Shown: in pieces, positions 8,301-17,939 of the stretch | Position numbering within the stretch: the stretch's first letter is position 1 | Layout of the letters: every line of letters starts with the position of its first letter | NCBI GenBank assembly: GCA_031379665.1 | Contig: JANNFI010000080.1 | Span: 31,376 to 95,375 of the forward strand | DNA from: Ignavibacteria bacterium | GTDB lineage: Bacteria; Bacteroidota; Ignavibacteria; UBA10030; SZUA-254 | Length of the DNA stretch: 64,000 nt | Direction of reading: 5' to 3' | Notes under the pieces: model-generated | What the model was told of the DNA's origin: nothing | The model's input: only the letters and a program-made list of their open reading frames with translations | The model's database searches: none | Translations under genes and position numbers: made by a program

Positions 8301-10360
8301 TTCACTTCCCAAACTCTCACGAGGACCACGCCGTGGTGCGGAACCGTCGCCGTGAACCCACCGGAGGGGGTTTCGAGGTCCTTCTGCCTCCAGAGGTCGC
8401 GGACCCGAAGCTTTCCTCCGAACCCGAGCTCGGCCGCGGTGACGGAAATCTCGACCGGACCATCCCCGTCCCAGCCGAAGTACCCGGCAGGGTCGCTGAA
8501 TTCGTTCGCCGGGTAAAAGAGGCCGACCGCCTTCGATCCGTCTTCCATCTCCCTGACCCAGATCTCACGCCCGCCCTCGCGGCGCAGCAACGCACCCTGT
8601 TTCCCGAGCGGGTCCTGGTTCACTTCCAACACCTCGTCGTTGGTGAGCAGCCCGAGCGTGAAATCGTCGAGTCGGGCGAGGTCATTACCGAGCAGGAGCG
8701 GCGCCGCGAGGAGAGACCAGAGACTGATGTGCGTATATTGTTCGTCCGGGAGGAGCTGCGTCTGCCGTAGCTGCGGCCCCCATCCGACGAGCCCCACGAC
8801 GAGCATATCCGGGTCGTTCCAGTGGCCGGGTCGGGCATAGGGCCGCCACCGGTCCTGGGAAAATCCGATCCTGCTCATACTCTCCCACGTGTCTCGGATG
8901 TCGCCGGTCGTCCTCCAGCATTGCGAAAGTGCGGAGAGTTCAGCCGCCGATTCGAACGGCGCGCTGTTTGATAAACTTAGCGCGATGTCGCGGCCGCTCG
9001 CCCTCAGTGCGTCGGCCATTTCCCTGACGTGCGGAACGTCGTTCGGGTTCCAGTCGTACTTCAGGTAGTCGAAGCCCCACGCCGCCCACTGCCGGGCGTC
9101 GTTCACCGCGAAGGAATGTTCGCCGAACTCCCATCCCCTGTTGCGTCCCTTCTCGTAGTCAGTGTGCCGGAAGTCTTCGTTCGCTTCCCCCGCCGCAATC
9201 CAGTCGTACGTGCCGTCGGCGTTGTCGCCGGAGCTCCCGATGTGCCCCTCGTAACTCCCCTTCCAGGGCGTCGAGTAGATCCCGACTTTCAATCCGAGGG
9301 CGTGCACGGAATCCGCCAGCCCCTTCATGTCGGGGAATTTTCCGTTCCCCTGGATGCCGTTGAACTCGCCGCCTCGAACACCCTGCCACCCGTCGTCGAT
9401 GTTGATGTAGTTCCATCCGTGGTCCCTCAGGCCTTTGTCGGCCATCGCGCGCGCCGACGAGAGGACCTTTTCGGCGCTCACCGACCCTCCCCAACAATTC
9501 CAACTGTTCCATCCGAGCGGCGGCGTGAGCGAGATATCCTTTCCGGCGACTATTTTCAGGATCCGTGTGGCGGCGCCGAGGGAGTTCGTGGCGGTGAGTG
9601 TAACCCGGTGCTCGCCCGGAAACTGAAGCATCCCCGAGATCCTTCCCGAGGCAGCGTCGAGCGTGAGGCCAGCGGGAAGGTTGTCGGCTGAGAACGTCAT
9701 CGGCCGGGTGCCGGTCGCCGGTATAGTATAGAGGATGGGATGGCCGGGGCGCGCTCCGAAGAGCGAAGCGCCGTTGATGAGGGGGGGCGGTGATGCGACC
9801 GGTGTCAGGATGTACGGTTCGCGGACCGGGGCAGGTGCGTCCGCGGTGAGCAGTGCGGCCGTGAGGTCCGGGTCCCCCTCGATACGGGCGTCGGCCCAGT
9901 CGGCGTGGTCGTAGTTGATGCCGTCTCCGGCGTCGGTCACGAGGAGTCCGAGCTTCTTGACGCCGGAGAGATCGACCACGACTCTTTTCGCCGCATCCCC
10001 GTGCGTCATTCGCCCGCTTTGCCAGAGCACTTTCCTGTCACCGAGCACGAAGAATTCGACGCTGGCCGCCTTGTTGCGGGTTTCGTCGTCGACGCCGACC
10101 GAGGCGACGAACATCATCGCGTTGCCGTCGACGTTCAGAAGGAATGTGCTGAGCGCGTGCGTGCCCACCCCTCGTTCGAACGTCTTCCCGCCGATCGAGA
10201 GCGGATTGCCGTCCACCGATTTTCCCGCCTTCGGCGTGCTCCATCCGCATTTCATCACGCCGAGGTCCGCCTGGTCGAGCCAGACCGCGTTCGACTGCGC
10301 CCGCCCCGATACTGTCGAGAGCACCAAGAGTGTGATCACGACTGCAAGACGGGAGCTCAT
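8297..10360 (-). CDS. GH27 alpha-galactosidase/alpha-N-acetylgalactosaminidase with an N-terminal NPCBM-like domain and an Ig-like domain
   Basis: Signal peptide; NPCBM-like KCGWSTPKAGKSVDGNPLSIGGKTFERGVGTHA; Ig-like LPAGLTLDAASGRISG; GH27 core PPLGWNSWNCWG and YINIDDGWQG. Confidence 0.85.
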   Translation of the reverse strand: MSSRLAVVITLLVLSTVSGRAQSNAVWLDQADLGVMKCGWSTPKAGKSVDGNPLSIGGKTFERGVGTHALSTFLLNVDGNAMMFVASVGVDDETRNKAASVEFFVLGDRKVLWQSGRMTHGDAAKRVVVDLSGVKKLGLLVTDAGDGINYDHADWADARIEGDPDLTAALLTADAPAPVREPYILTPVASPPPLINGASLFGARPGHPILYTIPATGTRPMTFSADNLPAGLTLDAASGRISGMLQFPGEHRVTLTATNSLGAATRILKIVAGKDISLTPPLGWNSWNCWGGSVSAEKVLSSARAMADKGLRDHGWNYINIDDGWQGVRGGEFNGIQGNGKFPDMKGLADSVHALGLKVGIYSTPWKGSYEGHIGSSGDNADGTYDWIAAGEANEDFRHTDYEKGRNRGWEFGEHSFAVNDARQWAAWGFDYLKYDWNPNDVPHVREMADALRASGRDIALSLSNSAPFESAAELSALSQCWRTTGDIRDTWESMSRIGFSQDRWRPYARPGHWNDPDMLVVGLVGWGPQLRQTQLLPDEQYTHISLWSLLAAPLLLGNDLARLDDFTLGLLTNDEVLEVNQDPLGKQGALLRREGGREIWVREMEDGSKAVGLFYPANEFSDPAGYFGWDGDGPVEISVTAAELGFGGKLRVRDLWRQKDLETPSGGFTATVPHHGVVLVRVWEVK

Positions 10361-11994
10361 CTGAGCGTCACTTCATCGACGAACAACCACGCGGTTTTTC
10401 CCGCCGCCGAATGTCCGGGCGGGCACACTCCGATATTTTTCACGACCACCCGTAACCAACGCTCCTGGAAACCCTCGAGGGATATTGTAAAACCCTGAGC
10501 GCCCTTGACGCTGTTCCGCATTTTCATCAGGTCGGAGGAGAGCTGGCGGACGGGCCGGAAATCCTTCCCGTCGGCGGAGGAGAAGAGTTCGGCGGATGCG
10601 GGGAGGAATATCCACGCCGCCGTGTCGTTCAGGCAGCCGATCGAAACGGAGGCGAGCTGTCGGGGCGAACCGAAATCGAGGAGGAGGTCGAGGTCGCCGC
10701 CGTCGAAGCCGAGCCAGCCCCCGTCCTTGTAGCTGTCAGTCCCGCGTTTGAGGTCGACGAGTGTCGGGGCCCCAACGGCCGCATATTTTTCCGCAGGCGC
10801 GACTGCCAGTGAGACCGATTTGACGTCCCGGAGTACGATAACCTCACGGCGGGTCACGGCGCTCAAGCCCCTCCTGTCGACCGAGACGGCGCTCACGACC
10901 GACGGGGTGTCGACGACGACCGGGTCGCGGTAAACGGGCGAGCCGATGCCGGGGACCGATCCGTCGAGCGTGTACCGGATGGGGACGTCGTCTTCCTTCG
11001 TGGACATCGTCACCCGTTGGGGTTCGAAGTAGATGCCCGATGCCGCTGCGATGCGTGGTCGCGGGATGTAGGATGTTCCCGTCCCCGAAAGGTCGAACGC
11101 TTCGAGCATCGGCTTTGCGATCCACGATTCGGGCTGCTTCAGGCCGAGCGCCCAGGCAACGGTCGACGCTGTGTTGAAAGAGTTGTTCGGTTCCTGGAGG
11201 AGCCTGTCGACGATCGTTCCAGGTCCGGAGACGATCCAGGGGACTTCGATCTCGTCCATACTCTCTCCGCCGTGCCCGTGCCCCACACCACCGTGATCGG
11301 TGATGACGAAGAAGAGGAGCGAATCGAACAGGCCCCCGGTTTTCAATTCCGCGAAGAGGGTGCCGAGGGCCTCGTCGACGTCGGTGACCGACTGCCAGTA
11401 GGCGTTTGTGCCGTGACCTGAATCGTGGCCGACGTCGTCGGCGTGTCCGATGTAGATGAAGGTGAACGCCGGTCGTTCGGTGAGGATCCAGGCGGCCGCC
11501 TTGCGGACCGTCTCGTGGTAATCCTTCGAAAACACCTCCGCATCCATGTACTTCGGGTTGTAGAAGTTCGCCAGCTCGTCCCAGTCATAGAACATCGCCG
11601 TTTTCCGGCGGGGCATCTGCTCCCTTACGACCTTGAAGATCGACGGGAAATAACCGTCGCCGTCACGTTCGACGGGCACCACCGTCGAATTCTCCCGCGT
11701 CCAACCGTTCCTGGTGATTCCGTGCTGTTCCGGGCCAGCACCGAGCAGCATCGAAGCCCAGTTCGGAGCGCTGACCGTGGGCATCACCGCCCGCGTGCCG
11801 AGAGAGAGGGCTCCCCTGCGGATCAGCGTGTCGATGTTCGGTGTGTGACTGAACTGAAGCCCCTCCGTCGAGAGCGCGTCGATGCCGATGACCACCACGC
11901 CGGCGGGCAGCGGTGGCCGGACGGCGTCCTGTGGAAATGCGACGGCGATGGGAATGAAGAAGAGCAGGAGGGAAATTGAAATCAGTACTCGCAT
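10357..11994 (-). CDS. alkaline-phosphatase-superfamily NPP-type phosphodiesterase fused to a chitobiase/hexosaminidase C-terminal-like module and a discoidin-like C-terminal module
   Basis: Signal peptide; MPTVSAPNWASMLLGAGPEQHGI matches the NPP nucleophile region PTxTFPNHxxxxTGxxPxxHGI; metal ligands in HADDVGHDSGH and DHGGVGHGHG; IRYTLDGSVPGIGSPVY is a CHB_HEX_C-like motif. The C-terminal ~130 aa resemble the C-terminus of the GH20 gene in this operon. Confidence 0.75.
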   Translation of the reverse strand: MRVLISISLLLFFIPIAVAFPQDAVRPPLPAGVVVIGIDALSTEGLQFSHTPNIDTLIRRGALSLGTRAVMPTVSAPNWASMLLGAGPEQHGITRNGWTRENSTVVPVERDGDGYFPSIFKVVREQMPRRKTAMFYDWDELANFYNPKYMDAEVFSKDYHETVRKAAAWILTERPAFTFIYIGHADDVGHDSGHGTNAYWQSVTDVDEALGTLFAELKTGGLFDSLLFFVITDHGGVGHGHGGESMDEIEVPWIVSGPGTIVDRLLQEPNNSFNTASTVAWALGLKQPESWIAKPMLEAFDLSGTGTSYIPRPRIAAASGIYFEPQRVTMSTKEDDVPIRYTLDGSVPGIGSPVYRDPVVVDTPSVVSAVSVDRRGLSAVTRREVIVLRDVKSVSLAVAPAEKYAAVGAPTLVDLKRGTDSYKDGGWLGFDGGDLDLLLDFGSPRQLASVSIGCLNDTAAWIFLPASAELFSSADGKDFRPVRQLSSDLMKMRNSVKGAQGFTISLEGFQERWLRVVVKNIGVCPPGHSAAGKTAWLFVDEVTLR

Positions 11995-12018
11995 CCGGGG
12001 TTCACAATAGTATTAGTT

Positions 12019-12051
12019 GAGTATCGATTGAGTTTCGATTGAGTTTCGATA
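12019..12051. repeat. three tandem copies of an 11-nt unit: GAGT(A/T)TCGATT on the plus strand, AATCGA(A/T)ACTC on the coding strand
   Basis: Read directly: gagtatcgatt (12019-12029), gagtttcgatt (12030-12040), gagtttcgata (12041-12051). It sits in the 66-nt spacer between the GH35 stop and the NPP start. Confidence 0.9.
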
Positions 12052-12060
12052 GCGCTTCTG

Positions 12061-14511
12061 CTATTTTTTCCTGAACGGCTCCTGCCGGAGGTAGAAATTG
12101 AACCCTTTCACCTGACCAGGGGCCGTTCCTCTGCGGGGAAGATACGCAAACCCGCCGACATTACGGAACCCACCGAGGTCCACCACGATGTGGTGGGGGT
12201 GGGAGGGCCTGGCCGAGCCCCACTGCGTGTGCCAGATCGATTCCCGGTCGCCGTCGATGGCGTTTTCCGCGCGGCCGTCCTCGGCCACGAGTTCCTCGCT
12301 GTCGACCGTAATGATCTTCCATCCCTTCCGGTCGATCTTTTTCCCCTGTTCGTCGAGGAGGTAGAGTTCCGCCGCCGACGCGAAGGGATCGCCCCGCATC
12401 GACGAGAGGGATTCGAGAGCGAAATACCGGGCCTTCCGCGATTCAAATATGACGACCTGCTCGCTGTCGCCGGCGGCGAACGCACCCTGTCGGACGATGT
12501 CGGCGGAATCGAGAACGACGCGCCCCTCCCTCACGGGTGGGGGCGGGGCGTGTTTGTCGGCCTGCAGGCTGTCCAGGATCGGCTCCGTCAGTCCGCGCAC
12601 CGTGCGAGCCCCCCTGTCTTCGATCTCGAAGACGACAATATCGTTCGTCCCTTCGTTCAGCCAGACACCGGGAAGATAGAGCGTCTGCTGCGGGCCGATC
12701 GACCAGAATCTGCCGAGGTTGTGGCCGTTCACCCAGACGCATCCCTTCCCCCATCCGCCGAAGTCGAGAAAGGTGTCGCCCGTTTTCGTGAGGGTGAACT
12801 CGCCGCGGTAGAGCGCCGGGACCTTGTCGACCATACCGGGCACGATATTAAACGACCGAACGTCCGCCATCGGCAACGGATAGATCCTCCATCCGGCGAG
12901 CGGAGCGCCGGCGAGGCGGACCTCCTTCGTGATCCCTTTCAGGTTATCCACCATCTCGCGACCGTAATTGATCCGGCCGCCGTTCTCAACGAGGATGTCG
13001 AGCAGGGCCGGCTGAGCGTTGGCGGGAATTCGGATCGAGCGTTGTTTGTGCCGGCGGTCGAGCGAACCTATTTTATTCCCGTCGAGGAGGACGACGGCGT
13101 AATCGCGCAGTTCGTCGATCGAGAGCTCGCCGCCGTTCCCGGGGTCGAGTGTGGTCCGGTAGAGGACGTACCCGGTTCCCTGTCCGATCATTTCCATCGG
13201 CAGCGGCGCGTCGGAGGTGACCGGTTCAGGGAGCTGGTCCAGGAGCGGGACGCTTTCACCGAGGGTGATCGGCGCTATGGAGATGACGGAATTCGCTGGC
13301 GGCACTTCGGGTACGGCCGTCCCGGCCGGAAGGTGACGCAGGACCGCGTCACGAAGGGCGAAGTATTTCGGCGTCGGGCGGCCCGCCTCATCGAGGGGGG
13401 CGTCGTAATCGTAACTGGTGGGTTGCGGCTGGTAGTGGCCGCCGAAGTTCGCGCCGTTCGTGAAGCCGAAGTTGGTGCCGCCGTGGAAGACGTAGAGGTT
13501 CACCGAAATGCCGCCGGCGAGCAGGCCCTCGAACTTCGCCGTGTTCTCCTTCGCGCTCACGACCGAATGCGCCTCACCCCAGTGGTCGAGCCAGCCGGGA
13601 TAGAATTCCGGGGAGAAGAACGGCCCCGCCCCGTTGTTCCATTTCTTCACGGTGTCGCGGATCGACGCCGGGTTGTCGTCGCCGTTGATCGCCGGCAGGA
13701 CGCCGGAAACGTATCCGTTCCTGCACTGCGACGGCCCGTCGGCGGTGAAGAGCGGAACGTCGAAGCCGGCGGCGATCGTCTGGTCACGCACCGTCGCCAT
13801 AAACGCCTTGTCGGAACCGAAGGAGCCGTACTCGTTCTCGACCTGGACCATCAGCACCGGCCCGCCCTTCGTCACCTGGAGGGGCGCGACCTCCTCACCG
13901 AATCGCTTCAGGTATCGACCCGACGCCTCGACGAAACGAGGGTCCATCCCGCGCACGATCAACCCCTCGTTCCGGAGGAGCCACCAGGGGTATCCGCCGA
14001 AGTCCCACTCGGCGCACGCGTACGGGCCTGGGCGGACGATCACCCACAGACCCTCCTCACCGGCGATCCTGATGAACGCGGCAATGTCGCGGCTTTCGGT
14101 GGTGAAATCGAACCGGCCGGAATCGGGTTCGTGGTAGTTCCAGAAAACGTACGTCGCCACGGTGTTGAGCCCCATAGCGCGGGCCATTTTCAGCCGATGA
14201 CGCCAATACTCGCGGGGGATCCTCGCGAAGTGCATCTCGCCCGCGATGATCTGGAACGGTTTTCCGTCGAGGAGGAAATCCTCATTCCCGAGCGTGAAGG
14301 TGCGAACCTCTCCCGCGCGGTACTCCGTTCCGCCCTGCGCCGGGGCGGTATCGTCCAGTGCGGGAGTCGTACCAGTCTGCGCGGGAGGTATTCCGTCCTG
14401 CCCGGGAGACGTTCCCTCCTGCGCGGCGGCGGGGCGGGCCATCGGAAGGACGATCAGGATAAGGATGACAATGAGTCGTGCGAGGCGGGTTATCGTGTCG
14501 CGTGAGGTCAT
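12061..14511 (-). CDS. GH35 beta-galactosidase with a C-terminal discoidin-like domain
   Basis: GEMHFARIPREYWRHRLKMARAMGLNTVATYVFWNYHEP and MVQVENEYGSFG are GH35 hallmarks. It has a signal peptide followed by a P/A/Q/T-rich linker. The C-terminal domain carries NAIDGD..SIWHTQW. Confidence 0.85.
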   Translation of the reverse strand: MTSRDTITRLARLIVILILIVLPMARPAAAQEGTSPGQDGIPPAQTGTTPALDDTAPAQGGTEYRAGEVRTFTLGNEDFLLDGKPFQIIAGEMHFARIPREYWRHRLKMARAMGLNTVATYVFWNYHEPDSGRFDFTTESRDIAAFIRIAGEEGLWVIVRPGPYACAEWDFGGYPWWLLRNEGLIVRGMDPRFVEASGRYLKRFGEEVAPLQVTKGGPVLMVQVENEYGSFGSDKAFMATVRDQTIAAGFDVPLFTADGPSQCRNGYVSGVLPAINGDDNPASIRDTVKKWNNGAGPFFSPEFYPGWLDHWGEAHSVVSAKENTAKFEGLLAGGISVNLYVFHGGTNFGFTNGANFGGHYQPQPTSYDYDAPLDEAGRPTPKYFALRDAVLRHLPAGTAVPEVPPANSVISIAPITLGESVPLLDQLPEPVTSDAPLPMEMIGQGTGYVLYRTTLDPGNGGELSIDELRDYAVVLLDGNKIGSLDRRHKQRSIRIPANAQPALLDILVENGGRINYGREMVDNLKGITKEVRLAGAPLAGWRIYPLPMADVRSFNIVPGMVDKVPALYRGEFTLTKTGDTFLDFGGWGKGCVWVNGHNLGRFWSIGPQQTLYLPGVWLNEGTNDIVVFEIEDRGARTVRGLTEPILDSLQADKHAPPPPVREGRVVLDSADIVRQGAFAAGDSEQVVIFESRKARYFALESLSSMRGDPFASAAELYLLDEQGKKIDRKGWKIITVDSEELVAEDGRAENAIDGDRESIWHTQWGSARPSHPHHIVVDLGGFRNVGGFAYLPRRGTAPGQVKGFNFYLRQEPFRKK

Positions 14512-17500
14512 TTGATGGTTCTCCCTGTGAGGACATAGCGTGACGCGTGCGGGGCAAGCGTGAGTTCATCGACGGTGGCGCCGGCGAATTTGCCCGACGG
14601 ATCGCACGGGGTGACGGGAATCCGCTCCCCGTCCCTTCCGGTGAGCGATACGGCCGCGGGGGAGTCGGACGGATTATATAATAGAAGGAGGAGCGACTTC
14701 CCATCGTCGGCGGGTTCGAGCGACTCGACGATGACGGTCTGCGGGTCGACGGTGAGGAGTGGCTCTATCGGTTCATTTATCGCCGACGCCAACCCCGTCA
14801 GGTGAAGCAGTCTTTGACGCCGTTCTCGTCCCCGCTTCACCGCCTCAACCGGATCGAACGGCCCGTGAGGATGGATCGAGTAATTGAAAATGAAAGTGCC
14901 TCCCTGATCGGCCTTGTAGTTCGTATGCCAGTAGTTGTTCATCAGGTAGGAATAGAATCGGGACGAGACGGGGCTTTCCTTCATCCAGGGGGATTCGGCA
15001 TTGATGGCGCCCATCTCGACGAGCGGCGCGCCATCGGTGGTCCAGGTGATGCCGGCGCTGTCGTTCGAGACGTCTACCCAGGATTGCACGGAGAAGAAAT
15101 TCCTACAGGAGCCGTCGAGTTGGTCCTTCCCGGCCTCGACGACCGCGTTCGCGACGTCGTACCTGAATTTCGCGTTCGGTATCTCGAACGGAAATGCGAT
15201 GTGGATGCCCTCCTTTTCCCTCGTCGGCTTTTTCGAATACTCCATATGGAGATCGATCCGTCCGATCCCGGTCGTGACCGAAACCGTTGTGGTGCACGAC
15301 CCACCACCCGGGGCATCGCCAGAGACGATGTACGACGCGACAAGGGGCCCTTCCTCCCCGATGCGCACCGTGACGTTCGACAGGTAGAGAGCGCTGTCGG
15401 GGTTCGTCCCCGGAACGTAAATAAACCGGTTGACGCCTGGCGTCCCTGCGCCGAAGCGTCGCCCGCCGGAGATGATTTCGACGATCGCTCCTGTCACCGT
15501 GTCGACGCGGACGGTCAATTCGCCATTCGAGAGGAGGCCGGCTGTTGCCGTCGCGCTCCCGAGTCCCGCGCTCCCGGTGGTGACCGCCGGCCGCTGATAC
15601 ACCGTAAGGATTTTAGCGGAGAACGGAGCGATGTCACGGATCAGCACCGCCAGGTCTCCCGACTTCAACCGCTGCGACGCCAGCGGCGTACCCGTTCCGT
15701 CAACCACGACCTCTCCCCCGAGGTTCTCTACTTCGTGGATATGGACGAGATCGGTTCGTGGCCAGGAGGATGTGTTATAGAATGCTCTCTTGCCATCCGA
15801 TGCCCCCCTGTCTGCATCCTCCCCGGTCAGAGCTCTGGCCAGGATGCTCGCCGATTTTATGTAACCATCCACGACGTACCGTCGCTTGATCTCCCACTGC
15901 CCGGTCGTCTTCGAGCTGTCGGGGTCCGAGACGCTGATGTCGGCCCCCCAGGTGTGCTCGTCCCAGAGCGTTACCTGTCTCCACGCGTCGGAATACTCCT
16001 TAGCGGGCCAGGAGTCGGGCGACCGCATCGACCAGAGTGCGCCGGCTTCAAGAAGCCGGTCGGCGACCATCCGGTTCCCCGCCGTTTCCTTCGCGGTCGA
16101 GAGCGCTCCGTCCTCCCAGTAGGGCGTAAAGTCGCCGCGCTTCACCGGCAAGTCCTTTCCGTGACGGCGCTCGAACGTCTCGAACATCTCCCGGTGGGTG
16201 GCGATGCGGAGTTTTGGCGTTTCGTACTCTTCGTTCCACTTCTTCACGAATGCGGGGAGGTTGGTGTCGGGGCCGCCGTTGTCGCCGAGGGTATAGGGAA
16301 GGTAATACATTCCGTACGGATACGCCGAAGCGCCCACCTTGCGGAGGAGCTTCATCAGTTTCTCGCGCCCGAGGTGCGAGAGCGTCCCTTCGTGGAAGAG
16401 CGAGTAGCTCGCACCGGCCAGCCAGAAGAGGACCCGCTCCTCGCCCGACTGCGATTCCCACCAGAAGGGCCGGTCCCCCTGCGACGAGATCACGTGGCCG
16501 ATCCTGTCGCCGTTGTTCGGCGCGCTCGCGAAGTAGCGAACGCCGCTGCGCGCGAGGGCCGGGACGATCCCCCAGGTGAATCCGGGGATGTCGGACACCG
16601 CCGCCGTGGGAATGTCCACATTGTATTCCGACCTGAATGAACGCGCGTATTCGAGGTACCGGTCCATCCCGGGAGCGGTCGCGAGGCCGGTGAGCGGGTT
16701 TACGAGCAGGGCGTTCAGGCCGAGTCGGCCGTCCTTCGCCGCGGCGACTATCTCGCTGCGACGCTCCGGCGTCGCGTTCGCCATATAGGTTTCGAGCGGC
16801 CAGAGGACTTCGATGTTCCATTTGAACCGCGACCCTTCAGGGTAGTCCTTGGTGCGGTCGGCGAGGTCGAGCGCGATGTCGAGGTTTCTCCAGTGCTTCT
16901 TCTCGACTTCGGCCTGGAGGTCTGTGTAACCGATGTCGGTGTGCGAATGGGGGATGAGCCAGATCTCGAGCGGCGTGGCCGGTACTGGCGCGAAGCGTTC
17001 GAGAGCGGCCGTATCGCCGTCGACGCGGTAGACCATCCGTCGGCCTGTGTCCCCGCCAGCTACCGGGACGACGAAGATGTTGCCCCCGACGGCGAGCGCG
17101 GTGTCCGCGATTGTCCTGCCGCCTTCCGAGATCTGCACACGCCTGCCGGGCACAAGGTTGTCCAGGCTGACGCGCAGGGGAATGGCACCACCTCCGGCCG
17201 ATTTCAGGAGGGCCGGCTCGGTTCGCACGCGCGGCGTGAAGCTGAACGAATAAGTGAACACCATCATCCATTCCGGCGCGTTTGCGTCCACCCCCTCGAT
17301 CCTGAAGACGGGCGCCCGGCCCGACCTGAAGGACTTTTTCGGTAGGGTCAAGGTCATCAGGCCGAACAGATCGCCGAACTTGTCGGTAAATGTCGATCGG
17401 AACTCCAGTTCCGCGCCCCCCTCGCCCCGAACCCTCCAGGCGGCCGCGGTGGAATCCTTCCGGTTGGTGAACGTGAAGTACTTCACGCCGTCGACGAATA

Positions 17501-17939
17501 AATTGAACGTGCGTTCCCCCTTCGGGTTCCCCCACCCGATCCGCTCGATCCCTGCGAGCCAGATGTAACGGTACGAGTCGCCGGCGAACTGTGCCGGAAG
17601 CGTGTCACCGCGCCACTCGATGGATCCGGCGTCGCGCCTGGCGCGGCAGATCAGCGCGTCCTCCACGTCGGGGTGAGAAGAATGGTATGAGATGGTGGCG
17701 CCGCCGAGCGATTCGCGATAGCCGTTGAGGTAGGCCGGTGCCGCCCTCTTCCCGTGGGCGCGCGGCCCGCCGGTCACATCGACGAGAACGTCCTGCTGCG
17801 CTACGAGAGGCGCGACGGAGGCGATCGCGGCGATGAGGAGGAACGTGAGTCGGGGGGAGATGGACCTGATGACAGCGGTGTAGCTGGCAGCGATATGGAT
17901 GACAACGGTGCGGACAACCATAAAGGGAGCAGGGGTCAT
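14508..17939 (-). CDS. GH38-like alpha-mannosidase family protein
   Basis: WLIPHSHTDIGYT resembles the GH38 N-terminal metal-binding motif. The size (1143 aa), signal peptide and position in a glycan operon fit. The family call needs HMM confirmation. Confidence 0.6.
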   Translation of the reverse strand: MTPAPFMVVRTVVIHIAASYTAVIRSISPRLTFLLIAAIASVAPLVAQQDVLVDVTGGPRAHGKRAAPAYLNGYRESLGGATISYHSSHPDVEDALICRARRDAGSIEWRGDTLPAQFAGDSYRYIWLAGIERIGWGNPKGERTFNLFVDGVKYFTFTNRKDSTAAAWRVRGEGGAELEFRSTFTDKFGDLFGLMTLTLPKKSFRSGRAPVFRIEGVDANAPEWMMVFTYSFSFTPRVRTEPALLKSAGGGAIPLRVSLDNLVPGRRVQISEGGRTIADTALAVGGNIFVVPVAGGDTGRRMVYRVDGDTAALERFAPVPATPLEIWLIPHSHTDIGYTDLQAEVEKKHWRNLDIALDLADRTKDYPEGSRFKWNIEVLWPLETYMANATPERRSEIVAAAKDGRLGLNALLVNPLTGLATAPGMDRYLEYARSFRSEYNVDIPTAAVSDIPGFTWGIVPALARSGVRYFASAPNNGDRIGHVISSQGDRPFWWESQSGEERVLFWLAGASYSLFHEGTLSHLGREKLMKLLRKVGASAYPYGMYYLPYTLGDNGGPDTNLPAFVKKWNEEYETPKLRIATHREMFETFERRHGKDLPVKRGDFTPYWEDGALSTAKETAGNRMVADRLLEAGALWSMRSPDSWPAKEYSDAWRQVTLWDEHTWGADISVSDPDSSKTTGQWEIKRRYVVDGYIKSASILARALTGEDADRGASDGKRAFYNTSSWPRTDLVHIHEVENLGGEVVVDGTGTPLASQRLKSGDLAVLIRDIAPFSAKILTVYQRPAVTTGSAGLGSATATAGLLSNGELTVRVDTVTGAIVEIISGGRRFGAGTPGVNRFIYVPGTNPDSALYLSNVTVRIGEEGPLVASYIVSGDAPGGGSCTTTVSVTTGIGRIDLHMEYSKKPTREKEGIHIAFPFEIPNAKFRYDVANAVVEAGKDQLDGSCRNFFSVQSWVDVSNDSAGITWTTDGAPLVEMGAINAESPWMKESPVSSRFYSYLMNNYWHTNYKADQGGTFIFNYSIHPHGPFDPVEAVKRGRERRQRLLHLTGLASAINEPIEPLLTVDPQTVIVESLEPADDGKSLLLLLYNPSDSPAAVSLTGRDGERIPVTPCDPSGKFAGATVDELTLAPHASRYVLTGRTIK

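Noticed and set aside
12019-12051. Possible CRISPR or minisatellite
   Set aside because: Only three contiguous 11-nt units with no spacers, far too short for CRISPR. Kept as a simple tandem repeat and possible binding array.
12190-14505. 771-aa plus-strand ORF
   Set aside because: Antisense shadow of the GH35 gene, with arginine/glycine-rich nonsense composition and no start context. The same reasoning applies to 4321-6102, 14802-16640, 22084-23355, 37208-38182, 52092-53414 and 58226-59275.
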